Virus record (IMG/VR): IMGVR_UViG_3300032295_003051
Span: 1 to 43,468 of that record
Origin: a virus
Lineage: Duplodnaviria; Caudoviricetes
Strand: one strand, 5' to 3'
DNA: 43,468 nt
Shown here one piece after another: positions 18,947 through 27,765 of this stretch. Position 1 is the stretch's first letter. The number at the start of each line of letters is the position of its first letter. The position numbers and the translations under genes were made by a program. The notes under the pieces were generated by a model that did not search any database, was not told the DNA's origin, and saw nothing but the letters and a program-made list of their open reading frames with translations.

Positions 18947-20064
18947 TTGCTTTTTTAACTCAGTATTATAGAGGCTTAGGCCATGCTATGAGGATAAAAT
19001 ACATATCAGACTGCCTACCTACTGATTCTTTTGTTATGATTAATCAGTTATATAATCCACCTATATCGTATAACACAAAACATTCTTACTACTTAGAAGA
19101 AGCTTCTGAGAAAACTAACAATGATTATAAATACTTAATGCACAGTGATAATGTTAGAAAAAGAGTATCAAAAGTTAGAGAGATACTAGATAATCATAAA
19201 GATATTAGTGTTTTAGTATGCGAAGGTTTTCCTTTTTGTAGACAGCAGTTTTCTTACGAGTATTTTTCTTTATTTGAAGAATGTAAGAAAAGAAATATAA
19301 AAATACTAATAAGTATTAGAGATTATCCATGGGATGAGCCTCATGAAAATTCTATTCAAGATTGGGTAGCAAAAACAATAAACCATGTAATTATAAACTA
19401 TGATTGTGATGTTTTAGTACATGGAGATGGAGATTATCTACCCTTGATGTCTGATGCTACTAGGAACTATTATTGGAGTGAGCTGATAGAAGATATAAGA
19501 GATAAAATCTTCTATACAGGGTATGTGTGTAATCCAGATATAAAAAACCATAATAGACAGAATAATAATGTTTATATAAGTTGTGGATTAAACAAAGAAG
19601 AAGGTTTTGAAATTTATAATACAATTTTAAAATCTGTAGTGCCTAATAATCCAGATCTAAAGTTCATAGTCGCTTTAGGGGATAAAAGCTTACATAATAA
19701 AATAGGGGATAGAGCAAGTGATAGGGTAGAGATAGTTAACTACATACCCAATCTATCTAAACATTTAGAAAATTGCTTTGCTTTTATTACGTATGGAGGT
19801 TATAATAGCACTACTGACATAATAAAAGCAAAAATACCAGCTATAATTATTCCTAGACAGTCAGGCAATAAAGTAGAACAACTAATTAGGTGTTATAAAC
19901 TTAAATATTTAAACTTATTTAAAATCTGTTCATATTTAAATTTAAAAAATATTGATACTATGCTCCAAGAGATAAAAAAAGAGTATGAATATTTTCCAAA
20001 AGATTCAAATATTAACTTAGATGGAGCTACGAACAGTGCGAGAATTATCAGCAAATTTACTTGA
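18943..20064 (+). CDS. GT-B fold glycosyltransferase (COG4671/MurG C-terminal-like)
   Basis: GLGH, EGFPFCR, SIRD, LVHGD, YTGYV, GGYNS, PAIIIPR..EQ. ATGA overlap at 18943. Confidence 0.85.
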   Translation: MIAFLTQYYRGLGHAMRIKYISDCLPTDSFVMINQLYNPPISYNTKHSYYLEEASEKTNNDYKYLMHSDNVRKRVSKVREILDNHKDISVLVCEGFPFCRQQFSYEYFSLFEECKKRNIKILISIRDYPWDEPHENSIQDWVAKTINHVIINYDCDVLVHGDGDYLPLMSDATRNYYWSELIEDIRDKIFYTGYVCNPDIKNHNRQNNNVYISCGLNKEEGFEIYNTILKSVVPNNPDLKFIVALGDKSLHNKIGDRASDRVEIVNYIPNLSKHLENCFAFITYGGYNSTTDIIKAKIPAIIIPRQSGNKVEQLIRCYKLKYLNLFKICSYLNLKNIDTMLQEIKKEYEYFPKDSNINLDGATNSARIISKFT

Positions 20065-20578
20065 GTTAGAAAAAACTTGGAAAGTATCTTTGAAACATAC
20101 AGAATTTGGGGTAGTAGAGCCTTTATTTAGACAAAATGATTTTGAAAAATTAAAGTATCTACCTATTGATAAAAACTGGATAAAAGAGACCTTAGTTTTA
20201 GAAAAGAAATATAATTTATTTAAAACTTGTGAAAAACTAATAATGATCGGTTGTGGTATGTATCCTTATAGTATGATAGATACATTCAAAAGATTTCCAG
20301 ATATTAAACAAATTGGTATTGATTATGACTTAAGATGTGCAAAAATAGCTTCACAAATAGTTGATAAATGTGAGTTTTCATCTATAGAAATAATTAATTG
20401 TGATGGAATAGATTTTGATTATTCTAATCTGAAAGATGAGGACTTAGTTTTTATAAGTTGTGATGTTAATAATATAGACGGTATATATAATAAAATTATA
20501 AATACAAGTAAAGCACAAGTTTTTATATGCGCTCCTAGTAGAACTGCTTGGTTAGATAATTATTTCTTAGGAGATTGA
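20021..20578 (+). CDS. Class I SAM-dependent fold protein, nicotianamine-synthase-like
   Basis: LIMIGCGMYPYSMI resembles NAS (FIGSGPLPLTSI); GIDYD, NCDG. Confidence 0.6.
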   Translation: MELRTVRELSANLLELEKTWKVSLKHTEFGVVEPLFRQNDFEKLKYLPIDKNWIKETLVLEKKYNLFKTCEKLIMIGCGMYPYSMIDTFKRFPDIKQIGIDYDLRCAKIASQIVDKCEFSSIEIINCDGIDFDYSNLKDEDLVFISCDVNNIDGIYNKIINTSKAQVFICAPSRTAWLDNYFLGD

Positions 20579-20697
20579 TATTTTTTATTCTTTTTAGAAA
20601 CAGATAAGCGCACAGCTTTAGAACTTTTTTTGTTCTTGCTGTGCGCTTTCTTTTTTACTTTTGTCATTGAAGACTGTAAAAATTCTGGTATTTGCAT
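20560..20697 (-). CDS. Small Lys-rich protein, 45 aa (below ORF-track cut-off)
   Basis: Hand translation MQIPEFLQSSMTKVKKKAHSKNKKSSKAVRLSVSKKNKKYQSPKK; ATG overlaps the upstream stop (TAATG). Confidence 0.6.
   Translation of the reverse strand: MQIPEFLQSSMTKVKKKAHSKNKKSSKAVRLSVSKKNKKYQSPKK
20606..20662 (+). terminator. Intrinsic terminator at the convergence of the two arms
   Basis: AAGCGCACAGC/GCTGTGCGCTT 11-bp stem plus inner AGAAC/GTTCT, followed by a T-rich tract. Confidence 0.7.
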
Positions 20698-20972
20698 TAA
20701 CGATTTTTCTTGTTAACTGGTGTTACAGATTTATCGCCAACGGTATCTTTTACTACTCTTTTACCATAATTAAACTGTCTTTGTGGATAAGTGCTTAGAT
20801 CTAATCCAGTCCCATTAAAAACTGCTTTTGCTTCACGAGTTATGGTATCACCTTCTCGATATTGCATAATAGTCTTTTGCTTACGAACAGGATCATATTC
20901 TTCAGGCATACCGTAACGGTTATCCCCTATCATGACAACTCTACGTTCGCCCTTACCTAATACTCCTGCCAT
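20697..20972 (-). CDS. Hypothetical protein
   Basis: 91 aa, RBS AGGAGG. Confidence 0.8.
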   Translation of the reverse strand: MAGVLGKGERRVVMIGDNRYGMPEEYDPVRKQKTIMQYREGDTITREAKAVFNGTGLDLSTYPQRQFNYGKRVVKDTVGDKSVTPVNKKNR

Positions 20973-20987
20973 ATTACTAGCCTCCTA

Positions 20988-21341
20988 TTACTTTACGCGG
21001 TTTGGCATAACAGGTCCAGAACCATTCTTTTCCTGATCCTTACCAGTAAAACGACCGGCTCCATTACCACCAAAAGTTGAACCCATTGGTCCTAATGAAG
21101 AATTCATTGGTCCTTTTGATAAATCACCTGCTGGTTGAGGTGCTGGAACTGGCATACCCTTAGCTAAACCAACTTCATCGAAATAACCCATACCACCATT
21201 TAATACTTTGTTACCCTTTGGTGCTCCACGTCCCTTTGTACTTGGTCCTCTATCGGTTCCACCCATTGGGGCTGCAGAGTTATTACCTGGGTTTGCGTAG
21301 TCACTGGCTTTACCAACAACATCTCTTCTAATCTCTCCCAT
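20988..21341 (-). CDS. Gly/Pro/Met-rich, probably disordered protein
   Basis: 117 aa, RBS AAGGAG, own promoter. Confidence 0.8.
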   Translation of the reverse strand: MGEIRRDVVGKASDYANPGNNSAAPMGGTDRGPSTKGRGAPKGNKVLNGGMGYFDEVGLAKGMPVPAPQPAGDLSKGPMNSSLGPMGSTFGGNGAGRFTGKDQEKNGSGPVMPNRVK

Positions 21342-21389
21342 GTTAATTCTCCTTTAATACTATCTGATTATTTTAATCAGTTATAGTAA

Positions 21390-21418
21390 ATTATAACTTT
21401 AAGATGCTAATTTAGCAA
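21390..21418 (-). promoter_or_regulatory. Sigma70-type promoter with overlapping palindromes
   Basis: TTGCTA-N17-TATAAT on - strand; TGCTAA-t-TTAGCA over the -35; CTGATTA-ttt-TAATCAG just downstream. Confidence 0.75.
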
Positions 21419-21435
21419 TACTTATTTTTTACTTT

Positions 21436-21705
21436 TTAGTCTCTTGAAGGGTAAATACCTGATATACAAACTATATAAGAAGGCTTACCTTGTTCATACC
21501 CTATGTATTTATTACCGTGATCATCGCTATATCTCAAATCAGGTAAAGCAAAGTTAGTAGTTCCATTACCTCCATAAGTTGTTCCTAAAATAGAAAACAG
21601 AGCTGCATAATTATTTATAGGCATAAGATAGCCATTACAAAATGACCAACCTTTAGGAACAAAATGCCCTGCAAATAATCTTATTTCCCCAATATAACCT
21701 TCCAT
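21436..21705 (-). CDS. Stand-alone phage tail collar domain protein (minimal MdpB-like)
   Basis: YIGEIRLFAG..PKGW..CNG..YAALFSILGTTYGGNGTTNFALPDLR and YIVCISGIYPSR. Confidence 0.9.
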   Translation of the reverse strand: MEGYIGEIRLFAGHFVPKGWSFCNGYLMPINNYAALFSILGTTYGGNGTTNFALPDLRYSDDHGNKYIGYEQGKPSYIVCISGIYPSRD

Positions 21706-21899
21706 TACATTTTTCTCGACTTTCCAGCAGAAGATAAAGCAATAGCAACTGCTTGTTTTCTTTGTGCTTCTTTTTTAGTTATTCCTTGTGACTTTGCTAA
21801 TGTTTTGACACCTTTTGATCTAGTTTTTCCAGGTTTCTTCATTAACTCACTTATATTAGAACTAATAGTTTTTTGAGATTTACCTTTTTTAAGCGGCAT
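21705..21899 (-). CDS. Small highly basic phage protein
   Basis: MPLKKGKSQKTISSNISELM...KQAVAIALSSAGK. Confidence 0.8.
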   Translation of the reverse strand: MPLKKGKSQKTISSNISELMKKPGKTRSKGVKTLAKSQGITKKEAQRKQAVAIALSSAGKSRKM

Positions 21900-21911
21900 A
21901 TTATTAACTCC

Positions 21912-22523
21912 TTATCTATTAGCTAGTGTAGAACGTAAAAACCAACGCCACTTCTTAAGCATACCATCTCTTCCTGCAAGGAAATCAGAAATACCGTGCT
22001 CATGATTAATCTCTGCTAATTCATAAGATCTCTCATTAGAAGCTATTAACTTCTCTAGATCGTCGTGTAACTCTTTAAACATAACCATCGCTGGTGGTAT
22101 AATTTTTGAAGCTTCTGTAATAGCAGTTAGTTCTTGGAATCTTCCAAATGATCCAGGAGCATAACCCCCTAACTTACGAATATTTTCGGCAATAGGATCT
22201 ATAGTTCCTTGTATATCGTCGTATATTTTTCCTAGTAACTCGTGATACTGAAAAAAGTCCGGTCCTTCTATATTCCAATGGAAATATGAGGCTTTTACAT
22301 ATACAGAAAAAGAATCTGCTAAATATGTTTTTAAAGATGCTATTAGAGTATCTACAGAAGGATCTTCTTGAGACATAGAAGACATTTGCTCTTCTTCGTC
22401 GTCATCATTTTCTTCAGGCTCTTCCATTTCTTGTTCAGAACCTGTTATCTCTTCCATAATATCTTCTACAGAATCATCTTCCATAACTTGCTTTTTTATA
22501 TTTTTAAGAGTTTTTGTGATCAT
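21912..22523 (-). CDS. dps: Dps-family mini-ferritin with acidic N-terminal extension
   Basis: FHWNIEGPDFFQYH, IDPIAENIRKLG ferroxidase signature; RBS AAGGAG. Confidence 0.93.
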   Translation of the reverse strand: MITKTLKNIKKQVMEDDSVEDIMEEITGSEQEMEEPEENDDDEEEQMSSMSQEDPSVDTLIASLKTYLADSFSVYVKASYFHWNIEGPDFFQYHELLGKIYDDIQGTIDPIAENIRKLGGYAPGSFGRFQELTAITEASKIIPPAMVMFKELHDDLEKLIASNERSYELAEINHEHGISDFLAGRDGMLKKWRWFLRSTLANR

Positions 22524-22545
22524 TATTAGTCTCCTTCATTAACTT

Positions 22546-22574
22546 AGTATACAATTGTTATAAAAAAATTTCAA
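22546..22574 (-). promoter_or_regulatory. Sigma70-type promoter for dps
   Basis: TTGAAA-N17-TATACT on - strand. Confidence 0.7.
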
Positions 22575-22585
22575 TTTAAATTTTT

Positions 22586-23572
22586 TTAAGTATATCTTCC
22601 TTGCCCAGCTTCAAATATAGTTTTTTCACCTGTAAATAGGTTTTCCTCTATTTTTTCTCTGCTACTGATTACTTTTCCACATTGACTTTTGCAAATAGGA
22701 AAACTTCTATCATAACCTTGAAGATAGCTTCTTAATTTTTCCCAATATTGAGAAGATATTATTTCTTCTATAGGAATACTATTAGCATTAAATATGTTCT
22801 CAAAGTTAGTAGGATAATAAAATCTAGTCACTTCCTTATCGTAGTAGTGAGCACCTGTCCAACAACATCTAAAAACTAATCCATCAGGAGATACATACCA
22901 TTTTTCCCAATCATCCCAACTACAATGTATTTTCTTGGGTAGTTTTGTTAAGTCTGCTGTTTTTTTGGTATGAACATAATCACCAGTAGTAGGAGCAGCA
23001 AAGAATCTGCCAGTCTTAATTAGATTAAAAGAAGTAAAACCTTCTTTTATTGCAAGCTCTTTAGCCTCTGCTATTTGATGCTGATTATAATCAAAAACAA
23101 TAAACTTCCAATGAACTTGGGATCTCTTAGTCTCTATAACAGATTTAGCATTTTCAAAAACTTTTTCAAAAGTAGTATTTATTCTATAAGTAGAATGAGT
23201 ATCTGATAAACCATCTAGAGCAAAATTTATAATATCTTTAGAATCAAGAATATTGCCTACATCATTCCAATAATCTTTATTATGAATTCCGCCATTTGTA
23301 TGAATATTTAATCTTACATTGTGTTGTTTTACATAAGCTATTATCTCTCTAAATTGCTTATTCATTATGGAATCACCAAAGTTTCCGTTAAAGACTAACC
23401 ACTCTAGATTACTTAAAAACTCAGGATAAAATACTTTTTGAAAAGACTCAAGTGTAAAAGTATATTTAGCATCATTTAAATCTATTCTTAAAGGCTTTTG
23501 TCTGTGACAAGCAGGACATTTAGCATTACATCTAAATGTTAATTCAGTTGTTATTTGTTTGTATTTTTTCAT
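22586..23572 (-). CDS. Radical SAM protein with C-terminal SPASM/twitch-like cysteines
   Basis: CNAKCPAC (CX3CX2C), GNFGD, HTNG, FALDG; C..YVSPDGLVFRCC..CKSQC. Confidence 0.92.
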   Translation of the reverse strand: MKKYKQITTELTFRCNAKCPACHRQKPLRIDLNDAKYTFTLESFQKVFYPEFLSNLEWLVFNGNFGDSIMNKQFREIIAYVKQHNVRLNIHTNGGIHNKDYWNDVGNILDSKDIINFALDGLSDTHSTYRINTTFEKVFENAKSVIETKRSQVHWKFIVFDYNQHQIAEAKELAIKEGFTSFNLIKTGRFFAAPTTGDYVHTKKTADLTKLPKKIHCSWDDWEKWYVSPDGLVFRCCWTGAHYYDKEVTRFYYPTNFENIFNANSIPIEEIISSQYWEKLRSYLQGYDRSFPICKSQCGKVISSREKIEENLFTGEKTIFEAGQGRYT

Positions 23573-26014
23573 TTATGCCCACGATTGAATTACTGTAGTC
23601 AGACCAGCTGGTAAAGTTGCGTCTGTGTATTGTATAGTGCTATTTGAAGCATTATATATAAAGTCCGTAGTTGGAGTTTGAATAACTCCAGATAGACTAA
23701 CTAATACTCTATCTATAGAGGAAGGAGAATTTAAAGTTATAGCTATAACATTAGAAGTACCACTTGAAACATTTGTAGTTCCTCTTGGGACAAGAGTAGT
23801 TCCAATAACACTTAAAACATAATTTCTAGTAGCTGCATCTTGTAGCTGTACAGGGTCTGCTAAGTTATTTATATTTTTAGCACCCATAGCTATATTACCA
23901 GACATAGTACCGCCGGATAAAGGTAGCTTAGCATCTGTATTAGAAGATACAGTATTTAAGTTAGAATTTAATCTAGTAAAAGTTATAAAGTCATTTGAAG
24001 TAGCTGCTAAATATGTTAAATATATATTAGCATTTGCTCCAGATAATCCGCCTTGTAAAGCAATAACATTACTTTCTGCCCCAGTTATTCTAGTATTAGA
24101 ACCTGTTAATCCGCTTTGTAAATTAGTAATATTGGTATTAGCCCCTACTAATCCTGTAGTTTGGTTAACGTCAATAGTGTTAGCACCAGCTAAGCCACCT
24201 TGAAGAGCTATTACATTACTTTCTGCTCCAGATATTCTAGTATTAGAACCTGTTAAACCGCCTTGAAGAGCTATTACGTTAGCCTCAGCGCCTGACAATC
24301 TTGCGTTAGAACCTGTTAATCCAGTTTGTAGATTGGTTATGTTTGTATTAGCACCTGTTAAACCGCCTAATGCTATTAAATAAGTAGCATAGTCATTAGC
24401 TCTAAGCTCTACGCCACTAGAGAAAACTCTTGTAGAAATAATAGAGTTACCAGAATAAACATCAGTAGTCGCGTTAGAACTAATATAATTTAAGTTACCT
24501 TTAGTATATAAAGTTCCTAGGTTTCTAACGCTAAATACAGCACTATCAACATTCTGACCCATATCATTAGTGTCATTATAAATAGCAAAGAAATCATCAT
24601 TTCCATTATTATTAGTATCTAAGAATAATGCAATGTTTGTTACAGACCCTAAAGAAATAGAGTTACTTAATCTAGTAGTTTCTAAATCTAAAAAGTTTTT
24701 GAGATCAAAGGAAGAGACATGCCCAGAAGTTAATATTAAATTACCCTCTGAAGTAACATTAGCTTGTATAACACCACCTGTTACTAAAGCAATAGTATCT
24801 GGTCTTGGAAAATGCACACCAGTATTTTGATCATTATACATACCAAAAGCAGGTTGAGTTTGAGAACTAGCATTTGCATGGTAAGCATTAGCAACAAGAT
24901 CAATATACTCTTTAATGGCTATAGAAGTATTAGATCCTGGACTATCAGTATACACAAACTCTAAGTGAGGATCTGTGGTCTCAGTACCTATAAATACGTT
25001 ATCTAGACTACCTCTATTAATTAGTATACCTGCGTCGGCAGGAGGAGGTGTAGAAGAGCTTAGATTAGCATTTAATGTTATGATAGCATCATAAATAGAG
25101 GTGCTTCCCACACCTAAATCTACTTGAGCACCCACTACTATCAAGTTACCTTGTATAGTTAGTGATCTTTGCATAGTAACATTACCAGTAAAAGGTGTAG
25201 CACCTGTTATAATATTAGTAACATTAGATCTTTCGCTAGTAGCAAAAGCTTGGAGGGTTATAATATTAGACTCTGCTCCAGATATTCTAGTATTAGATCC
25301 AGAAATACCTACTTGAAGGTTAGATATATTACTATTAGCAGCTATAAAAGCGCCAGTAACCATTAAATAAGTAGAATAATCGTTTGAGCTAGCTGCTAGA
25401 AAAGTAGACCAATCATTAGAACGGGCAGTTAAAAGGGTAGAGCCGTCATTAGAATAAGCTGATTGTAAAGTAGTAAAATCATTACTTCTAGCAGAAAGTA
25501 TTGTAGCTCCGTCATTAGAATACGCAGTTGTTAAAGTAGTAAAATCATTAGCTCTTGCAGTTAATAAAGTAGACCAATCATTAGAACGGGCAGTTAATAA
25601 AGTAGAAGCATCATTTGAGTAAGCCAGACCAAGAGTTGTACCATCATTAGAGTAGGCTACTGTTAAAGTAGTAAAGTCATTGCCTCTGGCAGTTAGTAAT
25701 GTAATAGCATCGTTTGAATAAGCACTTAAGAGAGTAACAAAGTCATTAGATCTAGCATTTGATTGTACTAAATCTATATTGGCGTTTGCTCTTGCTGCAT
25801 ACTGTATTAGGTTAGAGCTTACTACAGAAAGATTATCCTGTACTGAGTTAATAGAAGTTCCTACAACACCAGCAGTAGCAACATTAGCTGCTAACTTATC
25901 TGCACTAATTGTTCCGCTTAGAATATGTCTTTGCAAAACAACATTATTAGCTAATAATGTAGAATTAATAGCATTAGCTGATATTACTTGTCCTGTTATT
26001 TGAGTAAACGCCAT
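23573..26014 (-). CDS. Tail fibre-like protein with 11-residue and heptad repeats
   Basis: Coiled-coil repeats, LTIQGNLIVVG..IYDAIITLN beta segment, KLPLSGGTMSGNI..INNLADP..DAATRNYV fibre motif; tail operon context. Confidence 0.82.
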   Translation of the reverse strand: MAFTQITGQVISANAINSTLLANNVVLQRHILSGTISADKLAANVATAGVVGTSINSVQDNLSVVSSNLIQYAARANANIDLVQSNARSNDFVTLLSAYSNDAITLLTARGNDFTTLTVAYSNDGTTLGLAYSNDASTLLTARSNDWSTLLTARANDFTTLTTAYSNDGATILSARSNDFTTLQSAYSNDGSTLLTARSNDWSTFLAASSNDYSTYLMVTGAFIAANSNISNLQVGISGSNTRISGAESNIITLQAFATSERSNVTNIITGATPFTGNVTMQRSLTIQGNLIVVGAQVDLGVGSTSIYDAIITLNANLSSSTPPPADAGILINRGSLDNVFIGTETTDPHLEFVYTDSPGSNTSIAIKEYIDLVANAYHANASSQTQPAFGMYNDQNTGVHFPRPDTIALVTGGVIQANVTSEGNLILTSGHVSSFDLKNFLDLETTRLSNSISLGSVTNIALFLDTNNNGNDDFFAIYNDTNDMGQNVDSAVFSVRNLGTLYTKGNLNYISSNATTDVYSGNSIISTRVFSSGVELRANDYATYLIALGGLTGANTNITNLQTGLTGSNARLSGAEANVIALQGGLTGSNTRISGAESNVIALQGGLAGANTIDVNQTTGLVGANTNITNLQSGLTGSNTRITGAESNVIALQGGLSGANANIYLTYLAATSNDFITFTRLNSNLNTVSSNTDAKLPLSGGTMSGNIAMGAKNINNLADPVQLQDAATRNYVLSVIGTTLVPRGTTNVSSGTSNVIAITLNSPSSIDRVLVSLSGVIQTPTTDFIYNASNSTIQYTDATLPAGLTTVIQSWA
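24030..24368 (-). repeat. Imperfect heptad-based coding repeats
   Basis: GLTG(A/S)N(T/A)xI, GAE(S/A)NVIALQG and NTNITNLQ recur; near-identical DNA such as TATTCTAGTATTAGAACCTGTTAA. Confidence 0.85.
25361..25756 (-). repeat. 12 tandem 33-bp (11-aa) coding repeats
   Basis: A(R/Y)SNDxxTLxx x12; exact 32-nt direct repeat at 25401-25432 and 25566-25597 (165 nt apart, five units). Confidence 0.92.
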
Positions 26015-26035
26015 TTAACCTGCACTTCCTATAAT

Positions 26036-26497
26036 TTATATTTTTTTACTCTCAGACTGTTCTATATCCTTAAAGAACTCAGCTAAAAAGTCTTTTGGAG
26101 AAGCTTCTACAGCTTTTACTTGATCAACTGATTTTTCGTCAAAAAACTCTTTAATGAAACTATTAATTTGATCATCAATTGAGGACGATAATAACACATC
26201 AAATTCTAAATCTACACAAGCTCTTTTTACTAAACTTGTAATATAATCTGTCTCATCTTTTGTTAAAGAAACATAAGAACCGTCTAAAGATTTTTTCTCC
26301 GTATAGTTATCTTCTAAATAAATAGAGAAAATATCTCCTTCTAACATATCTTTTAATCTTGTTTCTTTTTCTACAAAGCTATCATAAGAAAATTGCTTCT
26401 CTACTCCAGGATTTTTTTTATTTTCTGAAGTATCTCTAAAGAAACAATAAACCATTTTTCCATCAATGTCAATAGCATTAAATTTAATTGTATACAT
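26036..26497 (-). CDS. Hypothetical acidic protein (possible fibre chaperone)
   Basis: 153 aa with GGAG RBS between two fibre genes; function from position only. Confidence 0.7.
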   Translation of the reverse strand: MYTIKFNAIDIDGKMVYCFFRDTSENKKNPGVEKQFSYDSFVEKETRLKDMLEGDIFSIYLEDNYTEKKSLDGSYVSLTKDETDYITSLVKRACVDLEFDVLLSSSIDDQINSFIKEFFDEKSVDQVKAVEASPKDFLAEFFKDIEQSESKKI

Positions 26498-26507
26498 TTG
26501 GTATCTC

Positions 26508-27758
26508 CTAAAGCTTGATAATATAATTCATACTAATTCCAGGATGTGTAATAGTATGCGTATGAGCAGAGTGAGCACCTACCCCAGTTACTAAAGAGTT
26601 AAAAGTTCCGTCTTTAGGTATAGCAGGTTGCTGGTAGTTAATCGTAGTTACTGTGTGTGTTGTAGGACCACCTGAAGAAGAAGTGCTTGAGAAACCTGAT
26701 CCAATAGCTGTTGAGGTAGCACCTCTTGTAATATCAGTTGATGTTCCGTAAATAGCTCTTCCTCTTATATCTGGAACATTAAATGTGGTAGAGTTATCTC
26801 CTACACCAAAAGTAGTACTGCATACCGCAAATAAAGCGGCATAGGTAGTTCTACTTAGTGCAGTTCCATCACATAGTTGCCAACCAGCAGGAGCTGATGC
26901 ACCTGCCCAGGCTGTTACAATACCTGCTGGAAGTAAAGGAGCTGTAGTCTCACCAGTACCACCTGTAATAGTAGACTGTAAAAATACGTTAGCTCTAATA
27001 GGAGCCATAATTCCGTTCGTAGACTGCACATAAAGACCAGCATTAGAAGACATTTGCTTAATAATGCTAGAGTTAGCACTTGTAGTAAATCCTATAGAGA
27101 CGTTAGCTACAGAGCTACCCTTAAGTTCTAAGGCAGAAGTAGTTGAACTATTTTGAGTATTTGCAAAAGAATCTATTATAACTCTAGGAGTTACTGTTAG
27201 ACCAGTAGCTCTGAATAAGCTATTAGCTAGATTTTCTCCAGAAATACTATAGTTAGTTAAAGAAGCAGCAGTAACCTGACCTGGAGCTGGTTGACCTACG
27301 TCTACGAAATCAACAGAAAATGTTCCAGTAGTAGCTACTCTCATATACATTCTATTATTAGATGAGCCAGCAGTGTCTTGAACTACAACAAATGCCTCAC
27401 CTACGTCAAAGGTAGAAATATTAGCTGCAGCAGCAGCTAAGCTTCCTTGTTGTCTCCAAGCAATACCAAATCTTGTAAAAGCCCCACCAACAGGTCTATT
27501 AGTTCTTCCAGAAGCAACAGTCACAGTAGTGTCAGAAACATAGAACATACCAGTAGTAGCACTTCTATAAAGCATTCCATCATAGTCAGCAGAAGCTATA
27601 GCTGCTCCACTATCTACTAAGTTATCTGTACCAGGAATACCTGTACTATAAAAATTTTGCAATAAAGATCGTAAACTACTATTAAATTGAGATCTTGAAA
27701 TTGCAATAGAAGACCCTTGTGAGGGTAATACAAAAGTATTTGAATTTCCTACTGGCAT
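26508..27758 (-). CDS. Tail fibre with C-terminal collar domain
   Basis: PAGIVTAWAG..APAGWQLCDG..SRTTYAALF..FNVPDIRGR; HSAHTH; terminal MNYIIKL. Confidence 0.9.
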   Translation of the reverse strand: MPVGNSNTFVLPSQGSSIAISRSQFNSSLRSLLQNFYSTGIPGTDNLVDSGAAIASADYDGMLYRSATTGMFYVSDTTVTVASGRTNRPVGGAFTRFGIAWRQQGSLAAAAANISTFDVGEAFVVVQDTAGSSNNRMYMRVATTGTFSVDFVDVGQPAPGQVTAASLTNYSISGENLANSLFRATGLTVTPRVIIDSFANTQNSSTTSALELKGSSVANVSIGFTTSANSSIIKQMSSNAGLYVQSTNGIMAPIRANVFLQSTITGGTGETTAPLLPAGIVTAWAGASAPAGWQLCDGTALSRTTYAALFAVCSTTFGVGDNSTTFNVPDIRGRAIYGTSTDITRGATSTAIGSGFSSTSSSGGPTTHTVTTINYQQPAIPKDGTFNSLVTGVGAHSAHTHTITHPGISMNYIIKL

Positions 27759-27765
27759 TTTATTT

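Noticed and set aside
25361-25756. CRISPR-like array or DGR template/variable repeat pair
   Set aside because: Repeats are in-frame 33-bp coding units without unique spacers or an evident adenine-specific mismatch pattern; no reverse transcriptase or cas gene in the window.
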